NCBI GenBank assembly: GCA_013416795.1
Contig: RQSC01001262.1
Location: 8,585-72,584, forward strand
DNA: 64,000 bases
Source: Prasinococcaceae sp. CCMP 1430
Lineage: Eukaryota; Plantae; Prasinodermophyta
Reading direction: 5' to 3'
The translations under genes were made by a program, and so were the position numbers. Below the pieces are notes generated by a model, which saw only the letters and a list, made by a program, of their open reading frames with translations, was not told the origin of the DNA and did no database searches. Within the stretch, counting starts at the first letter, position 1. Each line of letters opens with the position of its first letter. Shown here in pieces: positions 42,439 through 56,760 of the stretch.

Positions 42439-42578
42439 GCCGCCGCGCGGTGGGCTCCCACGATGCGGTGCGTTGATGGTTTTATTACACGTCGTTTTGC
42501 GGGTTGTATATACAGTACATGTACAGATTTTGCGGGGAGGGCACGCGCGCTCTCGCGCAGCCCCCTGCCGACGCTCCG

Positions 42579-45500
42579 CTAGTCGCTGAGGTTGAGCAGC
42601 GCGGCGACCCCGCGCAGCGTCCAGTGGTCCTCGTCCTTGTCGCTGGGGACGCGCATGTCCATGACGAAGTTGGAGCTGTGGCCCGTGGTGGCGAGCACGC
42701 CCCGGCGCTCCACCGTGCGGTAGACGGGCATGGCGTAGTGCGGCGCCGGCTGGATGTCCGCGGCCCTCATGGGCACGAGGCGCACGACGGGCATGGCGGA
42801 GAAGAGCACCTTGGCCTCCGACTCGGCGAGCATCATCGTGGACTTGTCGAAGCGCGCGCCCTCCAGGAAGAGGCCGTTGACGTAGGCGCCGTCGTCGGGC
42901 TTCTCCGCGTACGAGTCCTCGGGCATCATCTCGAAGTCCCACGAGCACGTGTCGATGGGGATGGTGTACTTGCGCGCGTAGTTCTGCATGACGCCGGTGA
43001 GGAAGGCCTGCGTGAAGAAGAAGTTGCTCAGGTTGAACATGGGCGGCGCGCCGTTCTCCAGCCACGCGTCCAGCATCGCCAGGCGCTCCATGAGGTTGGC
43101 GAAGTAGGAGCTCAGCGGCTTGAGGCTCGGGTACGACTTCTTGAGCCACAGCTCGGGCGTCCTGTTGTTGTACATGGCGTTGTACACGCCCTCCATCTCG
43201 CTGCTCATCACGCTCAGCCCCTTGAGCGCCTTCTGAACCTCCCTGAGGCTCGAGCGGATGACGCTCGTCAGCCGGTTGAAGCGCACGAGCTCCTGCACCA
43301 GCACCGAGTTCATCGACTCCTCGTACAGCACGGGAAACTTGAAGCGCGCGACCTCGAGGTCGAAGTCGGCCGGCAGGCGGCGCTCGAGGTCGGCCGCGAG
43401 CTCCCCCACGATCGACTCGGGGCTCTGCCCCCCGCCGCCGCTGCTGCTGCCCAGCGTGTTCAGGATGGAGCCGAGCATGAGGTCGACCTCCTGCTGGTCC
43501 TTGGTGATGCTCGCGTTGGCGTGCAGCCCGAACACACCGGGCGTGGGGATCTGCGGCAGCCCGCGGATGAAGCCCAGCACCGACTCGTAGTCGTTCTCGG
43601 GCGGCGCGCGATAGACGTCCGAGTCGGCCGTCAGCCGGTAGTCGGGGTCAGCGTAGATGCGCTCGGTGAAGAAGATGCGCATGATGGCCATGAGCGTGGT
43701 CCTGTCGTGGTCGTCCGTGACGCGCCCGCCGTAGTTGCACTCGCCCACGAGGTACGACAGCGCCTTCAGCGGCACCTCGTCCTGCTCGTTGATGAACATC
43801 TGCAGCTGGCGCATGGAGATCTTGAGGTCGGGGTCGTTGAAGCCATAGGGGATGTTCCAGCCGAGGGGGCCGTACTTCTTGCGCTCCTGCACGAAGGCGT
43901 GGAAGAAGCACAGCCCGAAGAGCAGCGCGCAGAAGGGGCGCACCTTGGTGCCCTCGCAGCCCAGGTAGAACTCGTCCGTCTTGACGGGGTCGGCGATGTA
44001 CGACTGCATGATGTTGGCGCGGAGCCCTGTGGGGGGCTCGTTGGTCATCTTGACGCCGTTCTGCAGAATTGCCACAGGAAAGTGCTCAGACGGGTACGAC
44101 GTGAGCCACAGCCGGAAGTCGGGGTTCGTGTTCTCCGCGGTGATGCCCTCGCAGATGCGCTCTAGCGTGGGCATCCACGACACGGCGAGGTGGCAGTTCT
44201 GCAGCACCACCCAGCCGCCGCTCTCCTGCGCCTCCGAAATGAGCTTGGCGGCGATTGGTCCCTGGCCCTGCCCCAGGCTGATGCTCTCCACCTTCTTCTT
44301 CTCCTGGTCGGCGAAGGCGAGCAGCGCGGTCATCGGGTCCGAGCCCGGCGACAGAACGAACACGAGTGGCGTTATGGCCGTCGAATCGCCGTATGACTGG
44401 GCGAGGTCGAAAGGCGGGGGCTCCACGTACTTTTGGCCGAGCTCCTCCTGCACGTAGGCGTGCACCGCGCTGGTGAGCTTGTCCGGCCGCACCGTGCGAA
44501 GCACCAGGGCGCGCTCGAACGCGTTAAGCGAGCTCTGGAGCGGCTCGGGCAGCGGCACCGTGTGCGGCGACGCGCTGTCGTAAATGCGGAAGAAGGCGTC
44601 GGGATGCTTCGCGAACACCGCGGGGTACTCGGCAAACGCCGGGAAGGCGGCGAGGCGGTTGATCTCACCCCACGCCTTGTCGGACAGCCACGCGGCGGGC
44701 TTGGGCGGCAGCTCCTTGTCGGTTGGGATGCCACCCGTCACGAAGAAGCGGAACAGGTCGGGTGACATCCTGCCCTTGTACACCTCAATGGTCTTGAGCA
44801 GCGTGAACGAGTACAGCAGCTTGTCCTTCTCGAAGAGCGACCTGCAGATCTGGCAGTACAACGAGTACTGGAAGAACGAGTTCAGCGATGCAATGCGCTC
44901 ATTCAAGTCATCGCTCTTGTCGGAGTCCGCGATGGCGTTGACAAAGAGCGCCAGGTACCAAGCCAGCGAGTACTGGTACATTGGCTCGATGTTGGCGAGG
45001 TCGGAGATGTTGAAGAAAAGTTGCGCGCTGTGGAGCGCCACGGGCTCGTAGCGCGCGCGCGTTTCGTCGATGTTCTGCTCGGTCTTGCGCGCCTGCACCT
45101 GCTTGGTGGCGATGTCGTTGGAGAGCGCCTTGGAGCTCGAGATGACGTCAATTGCCGTCTCATCCTCGAGGATGTTACCCTCAGAGCTGGACAGCACGCT
45201 GATGATCTGATCCTCGATCTCCTTGAGCTGTCGGTTGTTCTCGGCGCTCTGCACGACCAGCTCGCGCTTCTGCTCCTCGAGGTCGGGGCGCTCCTTGGCG
45301 ACCACCACGCCGAGTAGCTGTTTGGGGTCGGGGGAAGGGGCGGGGGCCGGGGATGGGGTTGTGTGGGAGGCGTCGCGTCAGTCGCTCGTTCCAAGCCCGG
45401 GGCAGCTGTTTTGGCACGCGGGCGCGCCGAGGAAGGGCCCTAAGGCCTAGCCCCGAATACGAAACCCTCACCTGATCCTGGAGCCCCTCTGGAGTAATCA

Positions 45501-48500
45501 TGAAGCACAACAGGTTGACCTTCACCGACACCTCGGGCAGGTAGTGCGGGTTGCGCAGCTTGGTGGTGACGTAGAAGCGGAAGGACTCGTCGTACTCGAT
45601 GGTTGAGTCGCCAAGGCGCATCGAGAGCGCGCCGCCGCTCTTGAAGGTCGCGCGCAGCAGCAGGTTGTCCAGGATCGGGTCGAGCTCCTCGCCGACATTC
45701 TCGAGCAGCACCGGGTAGCCGAAGCTGATCGAGTTCTCGAGGCGGCGCACGAAGTCCGAGTCGCTCAGTTTGATCACCTCCAAATTGTTCTCCTTCTCCA
45801 TGTTTGTGATCCACTTGTTCGCCTGGCCCTGCGGGTCGATCATGAGCGGCCAGCGGCGCGAGTTCTGCATCGAGATGGCGTTGTCGATGGAGAACGAATC
45901 GTTGGGTAGGCCGAATATGACCCAGTCCTGGACGAGCACCTGGTCCCCCAGCACCTTCTGCAAGCGGAACTGGTCGGCGCAGGGCACCTTCTTCTCCCGG
46001 CAAACCCCGGTCCACTGCGAGAGCGCGTCGTCGCGATACGGCATGGTGAAGGCGCCAAGGTACGCCACGTAGCCCGAGGCCAGCAGCACGTCGCCCGTCA
46101 GGCCATTGTAGTCGGCGGCCAGCTCCTTGACGATCGAGCCCCAGCGCACCTTCTCCCCGCCGAGCCCGCCGATGAGCTTCTCGGCGCGCTGGAGCTTCTT
46201 GCCGCAGAGGTCGACGTCGTCCTCCAGCTTGGCCTTTTTATCCTGCATCTCCTTCAGCTGGTCGTTGAGCGCCTGCAGCTTGGCCTCCACCTCGGCGAGC
46301 TCGGCCTTCTTCCCCGCGAGGGCCGCCTGGAGCAGCGCAAACTCCTCGTTTGCCTGCTTGAGCTTTGCCTTCTTGGGCTGAACCACCTTGGCGACGCGGT
46401 CGTAGGCCTCCATGGCGCGCACCCAGCAGCACAGACCATAGCACGCCTTGGACGCCTTCTTGACGACGTCTGGATCGAAGAGCTCGTGATCGAGGAACGG
46501 GCGGACTTTGTCGATGATCGCCGGCGGGATGTTGTCCTTGTCGTAGTCCTTGAGAGACTGCAGGAAGCCGGTGTCGCCGAGCAGCTTCTGGCTCGCCTCC
46601 CAGTAGTCATTTATCTTCTTGGAGGGGTTGGAGGGGTCGTTCTTGCGGACGGGCTTGATGCTCTGCATGATGCACACGGTCTCCATCACCACCTTTACGG
46701 CGGCTGGGGGATTCTTCATGGCCTTCACTTCGGTGATGTCCGACTTGGTCAGTGTGTTGAGCGCCTTGAGCGCCGACTCGAGCAGCGGCATGGCCACCGC
46801 CAGCTCGCTCTCGCACTCGTCCTTGATGGCCTTGGCCTCGTCGGCCTTGACGTTGGCGACGGCCTCATCGGCCTGCACTACCTCCCGGGTCTTCTCGGCC
46901 TCCTTTGAGTCGCGCTCAATGACAACGAGCAGCTCGTCGGTCTCCTTGCCGGTCTGGATCAGCACGGGGCGCAGCTCCTCGAGCTCCTTCTTCATGGTGT
47001 TGACCTGCGACTCGGCGTCCAGGAGCTTTTCGAGGCCCACCTCGTAGCGCGTCTTGAGCGTCTGCACCTCTGTGCGCTTCTTTCCGAGCAGATTCTTGTA
47101 CGTACCGATGAGCTCCAGGTAGCTCGTGGGCGTCACGTAGTAGTGCCGGCCTTGTTCAGACAGGAACCGCTTTGAGACGGTGGTTATGCTCTGGTGGAAG
47201 GTCATACACATGTCGATGACGGATGCGCGGGTGTCTTCCGAGTCCATCTCAATCTCACCCAGGAACTGAGACGCGACGCTCAGCAGCGCGTCGGCGGGCC
47301 ACTCAGAGAACCAGTCGATGGTGCAGCAATTCACCAGGCTCGGGAACATGCGCAGGCGCTCGCGGAACGAGCTGCCCACCGGCGACATGCACAACACGAG
47401 GTGCATGTTCTCCCGACACTGATTGACGAAGAAGCGGTAGAGCTCGGACGTGGTTGGCTCGATGCCCGCACGCTTGGCCCTTGGCCTGATCATCTCGAGG
47501 ATGGAGATGACCTCGTCCTTGGGGAACAGGTTAGGCACCTCGCCTGTGTTGAGGACGTTGTTGATGTCCTCGAGCATGCCGTCGTACTTAATCTGCGTGT
47601 CGGAGAAGAGGAAAACCGTCGGCTGCGCCTCCACGCCCGCCTTGCGCAGGCAGAGCGCGAGGTCCTCGCGCCACTCGACCATGGTGTACGCCTTGGTGAT
47701 CTCGATCTGGAAGAGCTCGTACTCAGCCATGAAGGTGGCGATGCGCGTGAGGCTCTGGCGGCCCGAGCCGCCAACGCCCACGAGCAACGCGTTGCCGAAC
47801 GGCAGCTTGATAATGCGGCTAATGCGTGCGATGTGTTCACACGCGTACAGGAAGAGCACCAGGTTCATTGGGCTCTTTGACGTGGCGTTGTAGTCCTGCA
47901 GCCGCTCGGACAGCACCGCCAGCATGTCCTCCTGGGAGGTGACCTCCTCGTACTTTTTGAGCTCTGCATCCGGGCTCATGAAGTCGGCGAACATGAGCCG
48001 CCGCAGCTCGTTGCCGTCCTCGGACTCGCCGAAGACCTCAGCAAAGCTCAGTTTGAAGTGACGCTCAATGGCGCCGCGGATGAAGCCGGCGAACCAGCCG
48101 CGGTCGTTGTCGTCGACGAGGCGATCGGACATCACGCGCAGGCTCTCGTGCGACCACAGCCTGACGAGCGCGGGGACGCTTGGCACCGCGCCGTGAGCCA
48201 TCGCGAGTCCCTGGAAGACCTTGGAGAGGTCGCGCAAGTTGAAGGTATAGTGGCTCTTCGAGGGCGTGGGCAGCAGCGCCTTCTGAATCTCTGTGTACGT
48301 CTCGACGGTGGCGTCGACCAACGCGCCCGCCAAGTCGCGCACGCTGTCGGCGTTCCTCGAGCGGCGGTTCCACCAGTCGGTGACGTCGCTGAAGATGCGC
48401 TTGAGGGTGGCCTCCTCGAATTCGGTGATGCCCAGCGTGTGAAAGTGTCTGATCAGGCGCGGCGTGACGAAGTTGCGTCCGCCGCCCGGCGGGCCCATGG

Positions 48501-51500
48501 CCGCCACGAGCTGAATGTCGACGAGGTTGCGGAAGGTGAGGTCCGCACGGTCGTACCAGCCGCCGTGGTCGCAGAACTGGCGCAGCAGCTCGACGGGCGG
48601 CGACGCGCCGTATGTCTCCAGCGCGGGCATGTTGAGGTCGTCGATGAAGAGGCAGCAGCGCGTGCCGAAGGCTGGGCCGAAAATACCCTTGCGGCGCTTG
48701 TCGAGCTTGGCGTCGATGATGTCCTGGATCATGTTGGCGTTCGTTTGCGCAGAGAAAGTGGAGGAGATGCTCGTCCACTTTGACTTGTCGAGATCATTGT
48801 CCAGCTTGGACTTGATATACACCGTCTTGCCCGTGCCCGTGCCACCCGCGAGGAGCACGTGGCGGTGCGACTTGATGAGGACGTCCAGGACGTAGCTGTA
48901 GCGCACGGTGTCCACCGTCTGTATGATGAGCTCGTGGAAGGGCGTCTCGACCTTGGGTGGTTCGGCGACGATGGTGTCCATCCACGGCACCCACTTGTCC
49001 TGCAGCCGGTCGAACACGTAGTCATAAACGGTGTTCTCCTCGGGAATGGGGAGCGACAGGTCGAAGCCCGGCTTGATCACGTTGACGCCCGGGCCTAGGT
49101 CGACGCTCAGCTTCTCCGGCTGGGCGCAGAGCTCGCGCAGGAACTTGTCGAAGCGCTCGCGGCCGGCGTTGTTGGTCGTGCCGCCGAGCGACCACACCAG
49201 CGAGAAGAGCATCATGCTGTCCACCTGCAGCGCGCTGAGCGCCTCCGGCTCAGCCCCATCCTTGTCGCCGCCGACGTCCTTGCCGTCCGCTCGGCGCTCG
49301 GCGAGCGCCACCAGCATGTTCATGCAGCTCACGGGCAGGTTGATATCCGACGTCGGATTAATCTCCTTGCACTCGCGGCGCACGAAGCGTACGCAGGGCT
49401 CCACGAGCCACAGAAGCAGCGCGTCGATGCGCTCGCGGTGCTCGAGGAGGTTTGCTGGGAGCGTGTTGAGCCAGCTCTGCTTGAGCGGCACCCAGCCTAT
49501 GTTCTGCGGCTCGACGTACACCATGCCGCAGCGGCTGACGGTGGCGGGCGAGGCCACCGCCAGGTCCTGCACCTCGAAGATCATGTTCATCGTGTCGCTC
49601 ATCTGCACGATCTCGCCGGACATCAGGCAGAGCTTCTTGTTGTCGTCGAGCACCGTGTTCATGTTCTCGATCCAGATGGCATCCACGGGCCCGTCGAAGA
49701 TGCACCACTTCCTGTCGGGCGACGTGTCCGTGGCGGCACCGCGGAAGGTCTTTGCGAGCACGCCGTCCTGCCACTCGTGTGACACCGGGTCGAACTCGCC
49801 GTACAGCTGGCCGATGTAGATGCTCTTTGGGTTCATGGTGAGCATGTGCGTCTTCTGCTCTCCCAGCTGGTCGCGATCGCAGAGCTTGCCGAGGGCGCCG
49901 GCGAGCATCTTCAGCATGGACGTCTTGGCGCCGTACGAGAAGCCGACGATCATCAGGCCGTGGCGCACCAGGATCATCTCGTACAACTGGTGGATCTTTG
50001 TCATGAACACCTCGGTCGTTTGCAGGTTGAGCTCCTCGGCGGTGTCGCACAGCGCCCTGTCCATCAGCTCGTAATCCTGCGCGGGCAGTTCGACGCCAGG
50101 GAACAGGTCGCTCAGGATGTTGTTGAACAGCGGAATGTCCTGCTGCAGGAACTTGGGCTCGTTGACGTCCTTGAGAGAGCGAAGCATGAGGATGTCCTCT
50201 TTCTCCTCGGGGAACTTCTGCTTGATCTCGCCGGCGGCGCGCAGCACGGAGATCACCGCGCGCATGCCGTAGTCATAGTGCGTCTGCGAGGACAGCTGCT
50301 CAGAGCAGAGGCGATAGGTCGCCACAAGCTTCCGGGCGAGCGCGCGCGCGTCAAGATAGCCGTTGCTGTACAGCAGGATCTCGGCAATCATCGCGTAGTC
50401 GGGCACCATCATCGCCACGGTGCGGAAGAGCGCCTTCAGGTTGTCTGGCAGCTCCGACCGTCCGGCGTAGCCGGGGTTCATGGTGATGAACTGCGAGCGA
50501 GAGAGCGCAGGGTACGCAGCGGTCAGCAAGACGGCTTGGAGCGGGGTGGGGTGGGATGGGGGGCGATGCCAAAGGCGCAGGAGGAAGCGCGCTCATGCGC
50601 CGCAGGCAACAAGGGGGGGCGGAAGACAGTGGGGGGGGTGGGGGGCACGGCGCGCTCGCGTGGGCTCGCTGCTGCGTACCACAGAGCATGTGTGGCGGAG
50701 CCCGAGGCGCGTCCCCTCGAACTCGAACATGGAGACGCCCTCAGCTTTCGCGCGCTGGATGGTGAGGATCTGCTGGGCGATGACGCTGAGCACCTCCAAG
50801 TCGATGCGGTTGAACTCGTCGAAGCACGCCCACGCGCCGCTGGACGCCAGCCCCTTGAAGAACTTGCCCATCGCCAAGTAGTCGAGGCCGTCTGAGCAGT
50901 TGAAGACCACGCACTGCATGGCCATCGCCTTCGCGAGGTCCTTTGATGCAATGGTTTAGGGTTGGGGTTCATGGTCTGCGTCAGCAACTGAGTCATACAT
51001 TTAAGCTTTGCTGACACGCACCGCACGCACTCCAGCACACCGCACAACACATCACCGCACCACACCGCACCACACACCACCACCTTCGGACCTTGGTTGT
51101 CTCTGTCTTGCCCGTCCCGGCCGGCCCCTCCGGCGCGCCGCCCAGATTGAGATGCAGCGCGCCCATGAGCGTGCGATAGCAGCGGTCGGTGAGCGGCGTG
51201 ATCACCAGGCGGCTGCTGTTGCCCAGGTACTCGTATCCGTATGCCATGCTGCTATTAATCATCTTCACGTTGACGACCTTGTCATCCTCCATGTAGTAGC
51301 GCAGCTGGGACTGCCAGGAGAAGTCGGTGTCGGCGGCGACGCCCTCGTCATGCATCTGCACGACGGTGTCCCTCGCATGCACATCAAGCACGACGAGTGC
51401 GCCGAGCGTCTTGCGCTCGAGCTTGGTGAGCTTGCCCCTCACACGATTCACAATGTCCATGAGATCGGCGTTGGACTTCTCGATGTACGTCTTCAGGGCG

Positions 51501-54500
51501 CCCTCGCGGATGGACTCAGTGACCTCGGCCGTCCAGTACATCTGCGTGCCGCACAGCACGATCTGGCCCGGCCACTGCAAAACCCACTCGATCCTCGGGT
51601 CCGTGGCGTATGCCTCGTAGGAGCGGTAGCACACGTCCTTGAGCGAGTCAGTCATCGCCTGCTCGCACTCGATGAGCCACTTCTCCACCTGACCGTTGGC
51701 GGCCGCCGGATTGAAGCTGCGGACGAAGTCGACCTTCTCCTTCTCCGCAGAGTACATGGCCGTGATGTCGAGGTTCTGCTGGAACTCGAGCTCGGCGATG
51801 CCTTCGAAGATCTTCTTGCAGAACGGCTGCACGCGCAGCGGGTCCTTGGTCTCCGAGAGAATCTCCAGCAGCTCGTCGTTGGACAGGAAGTAGAAGCGCG
51901 GGAAGGCGAGGCGCTTGGTCTCTAGATACTCGGAGAGGCCCTTCTGCACGACGTCGAGCAGCTTGTTGGCCTCGGTGAGGTTCTTGAGCGTCTCCTCCTC
52001 CGAGCAAGCAATGAGAACCTCCGAGTTGCGCGCGAGCTTGTCCATCATGCGGCGCCAGGTGGCATCCACGGACCGGAACTTGCGGCCCTCGATGGGCATC
52101 TGCTGCATGATGTCCTCCGAGCCGAAGATGGGCTCGAGATAGAGCCACCCCTGCTGCACCTGCAGCCACGCGTCGATGATCTCCTGCATGAGATTGAGCT
52201 TCTTATCCCACATCTTGACGCGCTCCTCGAAGGGCCCGATGAAGGGCGAGGCGCGCATGGACTGCGTCTTGACGATCTGGTCGTCGAGCAGCAGCTGGAT
52301 GTCGTCCAACCCGCGCAGAATCGACGTCCCAGTCTCGCGCCACGCCATGTACTCGAACTGCACGCCCGTCCACTCGACGAGCATCTTGTCGAGCGTCTTC
52401 TCCAGCGAATACTCCTTGGAGGCGTTCTCCGACACATCCTCGAGCACCTGCATGTGGTCCTCCAGACCCAGCTGCAGCGCGCGGGTCACGCTGAAGCTCT
52501 CGTCCGCTTTGACAGCAAAGCCCACGTTCTCGCTCATGCGCTTCCAGTGGCGGTCGCGCAGGCCCGGGTTGCGCAGCGCTGCGATCAGCGGCATGTGCGT
52601 GGCGAAGGCCGATATGCGCGTGCGCAGCTCCTCGGCGACTCTCAGAGGCTCCCCGCTGAGCGCCTTGGTGGCCTTGTACGTGACGCGCTGCCACTGCTCC
52701 AGCTCCTCGTTCATTTCCTCCGCGTTAAGGGCGGTGAAGGGCCCGTCCATCCACCCGGGCAACGCGCGGCTGAAGGCGGCGCACGTCTTCCACATGGACG
52801 CGTACGGCTCGAAGCTCTTCGACACTGCCGCGAGCTCGGGGTACTCGGTCAAGGGCATGTCAAAGATCTGCTCGCGCTGGTTGTAGAGCTCGGACAGCTC
52901 GCGCAGTTTGGTGAGGCGCGACTCGAGCTCCGACACGTAGATCATACGGTCCTCGACCTCATCTATGTCGCCCTGCGAGAAGAAGCTCTGGACCTCAGAC
53001 TCAACCGAGGTGAGGTCGGACAGCAGCTCGCGTTGGTCCGAGACGAGCTCGTCCATGAAGTGCGTGCGCCCGTCGCGTATGCGCTGCTCGCACCCCGAAA
53101 TGACCGCCACCACGCGCTTGGGCCAGTAGAGCGTCGACCAGTACAGGGAGCTGTCGTCGTCCGAGAGGGCGAACCGGTTGGCCTCGAGCATCTCGTAGAC
53201 CTCGGTAGAGCTCACAATCTTCTCCTCGAGCTCCCGCATTTCGACCTGGCACTTCTCTGAGTACTGCCGCAGCTCGTCGAGCTCCTCGGTCGTGGAGGGC
53301 ACCTTGGATAGCGTCGCCTCGATGGTCGTGTAGCGCTCGCTGATGTACGCGTTAGACCTACTCGATGCGGCCGCAACCTGCTTGAGCAGCTGGTCGGCGA
53401 GCTCGAGCGATTTGCTGCGCACGAAGTTCTTGGCTGCCGTGCAGTCGACCAGGATCATGTTGAAAGTCACCTCTGAGTCGAAGAGCTCGACGACCTGGTC
53501 GGCAAGCGCAATGTGGCGCTTGATCTCCGCCTCGGTCTCCGCCAGCGCGTGCTCCGCGGCCTCCCACTCGGCGAGGTAGTCGTCGTTGTCGAGTGAGATG
53601 AGCTCGTTGAAGGTGGCGAAGCGCTCGACCAGCCCGCGCGGGCCGCTCATGGTGGAGATGAGGATGCTCACGATGCGCGCGCGCGCGACGACGAGCGCGG
53701 GCTCGGCCTTTGGGTCGGTGACCTTCATTGGCACCGTGGGCGACGAGAGGTCCATCACTGCAGATATATGGCCGTGGATGTCCTCCACACCATCGAGGCA
53801 CGCGACGATGTTGTCAAAGCCCTCCAGCGCAGTCTCCTGCAGTTCCTCGAGCGTGGGAGAGAGCACAAGCGCGCCCTCGCGCACCTCGAGCGCGACCTCG
53901 AAGAGCGTACTCGCGCGCGTGACCTCCTCTGCCCCCGCATCATCGCCGCTGCCTGTCTGTTCCTCGGGTGCGCAATCGTACGCGCTCAAGAAATCGAGGT
54001 ACGCGTGCGCAGACCTCAGCACGACCGTGTGCACCTGGTCTGCCATCATCAGGCTGACGCTTTTGATGAAGCGGACGAAGAGGGTGCGGTCGAACTCGGT
54101 GCGCCCGTCGCCGCCGGCGTCGTCGATGCCTCGGGGCTCGGCGTACTCCTTGCCGCCGATGTCATCGATGGACGTGGCTACCCTGAACACCCAGTCGTTG
54201 CGAAGTTGCTCGGCAACGTCAGCGGCGTGGCGACGCTGCCGCGAGCCGAATTCGGCGACGGTGGTGGGCAACGGCACATCACGCAGCTCGGTGTCGACGA
54301 GGAGGTGATGGCGAATGTCCAAGTTCTCGTAGTACGCCTGCATGTTCGCCAGGAACGAGTCCTCCGCGTAGCACAGGATTCGCTCTGCAACTTCGAGCGT
54401 GAAGGCGAACTCGTCCTCATCGAAGGAAGCCACCGACGGCGTTCCGCGCTCCTGGGGCGGCGAGCGCGGCGACGGCGGGTCGACGTGCGCTGCCAGCAGC

Positions 54501-55531
54501 CTCGCGCGCTGCATCGGGTCCCGAAACATGTGTTCCACGACCCCGCGCTTCACAGCGAGGTGGTAGTCGTCGCGCACCTGCTCCATGTATCGTTCGACCA
54601 GCGCGGGCCGCTTGTGAGAGGCCTGCCAGCCCGCCAGGTACTTGACGCGCTCCGCGAAATTGTCGTCGAGCACGTCCGGATTCGCTTGCGGCTGCGCGGC
54701 GACGAAGCGCTCGAAGCGCGCGGCAGACTCCGCGCGCGCGCGAAAGCGTCGCGCGGCGGCGAGCCGCGCGCGGAATGCCGCTTGCGACTCACAGTCGAGC
54801 AGGAGGTTCAGGCGCTTCACGCGCTTGCGGAGGCCACTGCTTGTCCACTCGATATCGTACAGCTCGGTCTTCGCGTCGAAGCCCACGACTTTGCACGGCG
54901 CCCAGGTGAAGTGGCCTTCGATCGTGTAGAAGCGCGAGCGTGCGGGCACGCCGGGAGCCACGCCGGCCTCCACCTGCTCTGCTACGAGCCGTGCGGGCGA
55001 CACGAGCTCGTCCCCAGGGTCGTCGAACAGCTCGAGCGGGAGCAGTGACGCACCCGAGGCGGCGGCCGCGCCCCCCTTCACCGCGCCCTCGGTCGACACA
55101 GCGGCAATGGCAGGCCGCACGAAGCGCCCGCTGTCCTTCTCGCCGTCAGGGACCCAGCTGAGCGGCGAACTCGGCCGCCGCGCGTCATCGGCGGTGGCTT
55201 CGGCTCTTGGGTGCTCGAGGCGCTCCACCATCGCCGCCTCTGCACCGGCAGACCCCAGCGGCCGCGGAGGGAACACCCCACCGATCGTCCGCGGATCGAA
55301 GCGGGCGTCCGCGTCGGAGAGCCGTCCGGCCGCTGGCGCTGCGGTGCTGAAGCCACCGCCGATGCGCGCGCCCGGGGTGCTGCCTCGCCCGGGTGCGGCG
55401 TACGAGCCGGACGCGGCGTGCGCGCCCCCCTCGGCCACCGCGTACGTGACGGGCATCGGCACGCCAGACATTCTCACGCCGCTGGCGTCCGACTGGTACC
55501 TCGCCCATGCCTCGGAACTCTCGGCGCCCAT
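42579..55531 (-). CDS. Axonemal single-headed inner-arm dynein heavy chain (DNAH1/6-like), ~4150 aa; exons 55531(start uncertain)-51092, 50940-50680, 50490-45472, 45317-42579
   Basis: P-loops [37 protein letters not shown]; [17 protein letters not shown]; N-terminal [14 protein letters not shown] domain; C-terminal HWTLRGVA; three GT-AG introns restore the frame. Confidence 0.95.
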
Positions 55532-55779
55532 CCTAAAGGGCGGCGACGGGGAGCGCGGTGCTGCGGGCGCGTTCTCCGCAAACTCCAACGACTCGTTGTC
55601 CTCGACGACGCCCGGCGACGCGTCGCCGCCGGTGGCCGCGGGTGGCGGCTTCCCCCCCCTCCAGCTGCCCGCGAGCGACGCGTCCGCGCCATTCTGTAGC
55701 CCGCGCCGGCCGCCACGCAGCAGCGACGACACGCCGCGCGTCTCGCTGACGCCACCCGTGCCTGGTTGGCGCTGCTCAG

Positions 55780-56173
55780 GTGCTGCTGCTGCTACTCTCG
55801 GGTGGTGACACAGCCGCGTGTGATGATCCGATGCGCCAATCGCCGTGGGTTGAGCGCGTGGCCTCCTCGGGGCGAGACGGGTTCGAGTCTGTGCTGCAGC
55901 GCGGCGCGGGGGGCGCGGGGGCCGCTGGTCGCACGGTGTGGAAGACGCACGCGCCTGTCGCGCTCTCACCCTGGTCGCCGCTGCCGGCAGGTGACGGAGT
56001 GACCGCCTCTGCGCCAGGCGGCGCTGCGCCAAGCACTGGCGCGCGTGTCGTCGTCGTCGTGCGCAATCCGCTCGACGTGGCCGTATCCATGTACCACCAC
56101 ACTAAAGACTCAAGTGCGTTCGGCTGCCCGGAAATTTCGCCAGAGGAATTCGTGGAGCTCTTCCTCCGAGGAG
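55780..56173 (+). CDS. Isolated exon of a PAPS sulfotransferase-family gene (5' and 3' parts not found)
   Basis: [43 protein letters not shown]; AG before 55780 and GT after 56173. Confidence 0.7.
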
Positions 56174-56357
56174 GTGTGTGTGCGCGAACCCGCGCGCAGA
56201 GCGTGAGCGCGCGGTCTTGTGCGGACGGGCGTGTGCGTGAGCCTTCTTCATGTGCCTGGCGAGTGGCGAGAGCCAGCTGCACGCGCGCCCGCGTCGCAGC
56301 CCGCCGCGGCCTCGTGAGTATGTCGTCCCGTCCCTGACTGCCTCGCGCCATCGATCG

Positions 56358-56358
56358 N
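56358..56358. other. Single N, likely a contig join or gap
   Basis: Only ambiguous base in the window. Confidence 0.8.
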
Positions 56359-56449
56359 GCGCCGCCGCGCGGCGCGCGCGCTGTGGCGCGCGCGCGCGCG
56401 CACCGCAGCACGTCAAAACGAATGCGAGCAAACGCCCGCGAGCTCATCG

Positions 56450-56760
56450 CCCGTGGTTCAATATCATATAATTTTTAACTTAATGTCGTTCGGGCCCCAC
56501 CCCGGCCCGCTGCGGCCCCGTCGTTCCGCTTCGGGCGCGGGCGCGCGCCCGGCGGCGCGCGCGCACAGGCGTGACGGTAACCTTCAAACACACGTGTACT
56601 GTACTAACGGGCGACACCTTGAGACAGCTCGTTGACGTTAAGTCTTCTTTTCAGGAGATTTGATGTTGTTATGAGGTCGGTGCGTACGTTTTGACGTACG
56701 TTCACGCCTCGGGTTTTTTGTTGTTGTGTGTTGTGGGGGAGGGAAATGTTGCTGTTGGGT
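56450..56760. promoter_or_regulatory. AT-enriched island between divergent flagellar genes; putative bidirectional promoter
   Basis: Local GC drop (AATATCATATAATTTTTAACTTAAT etc.) between dynein (-) and ODA-DC (+) genes; inference only. Confidence 0.35.
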
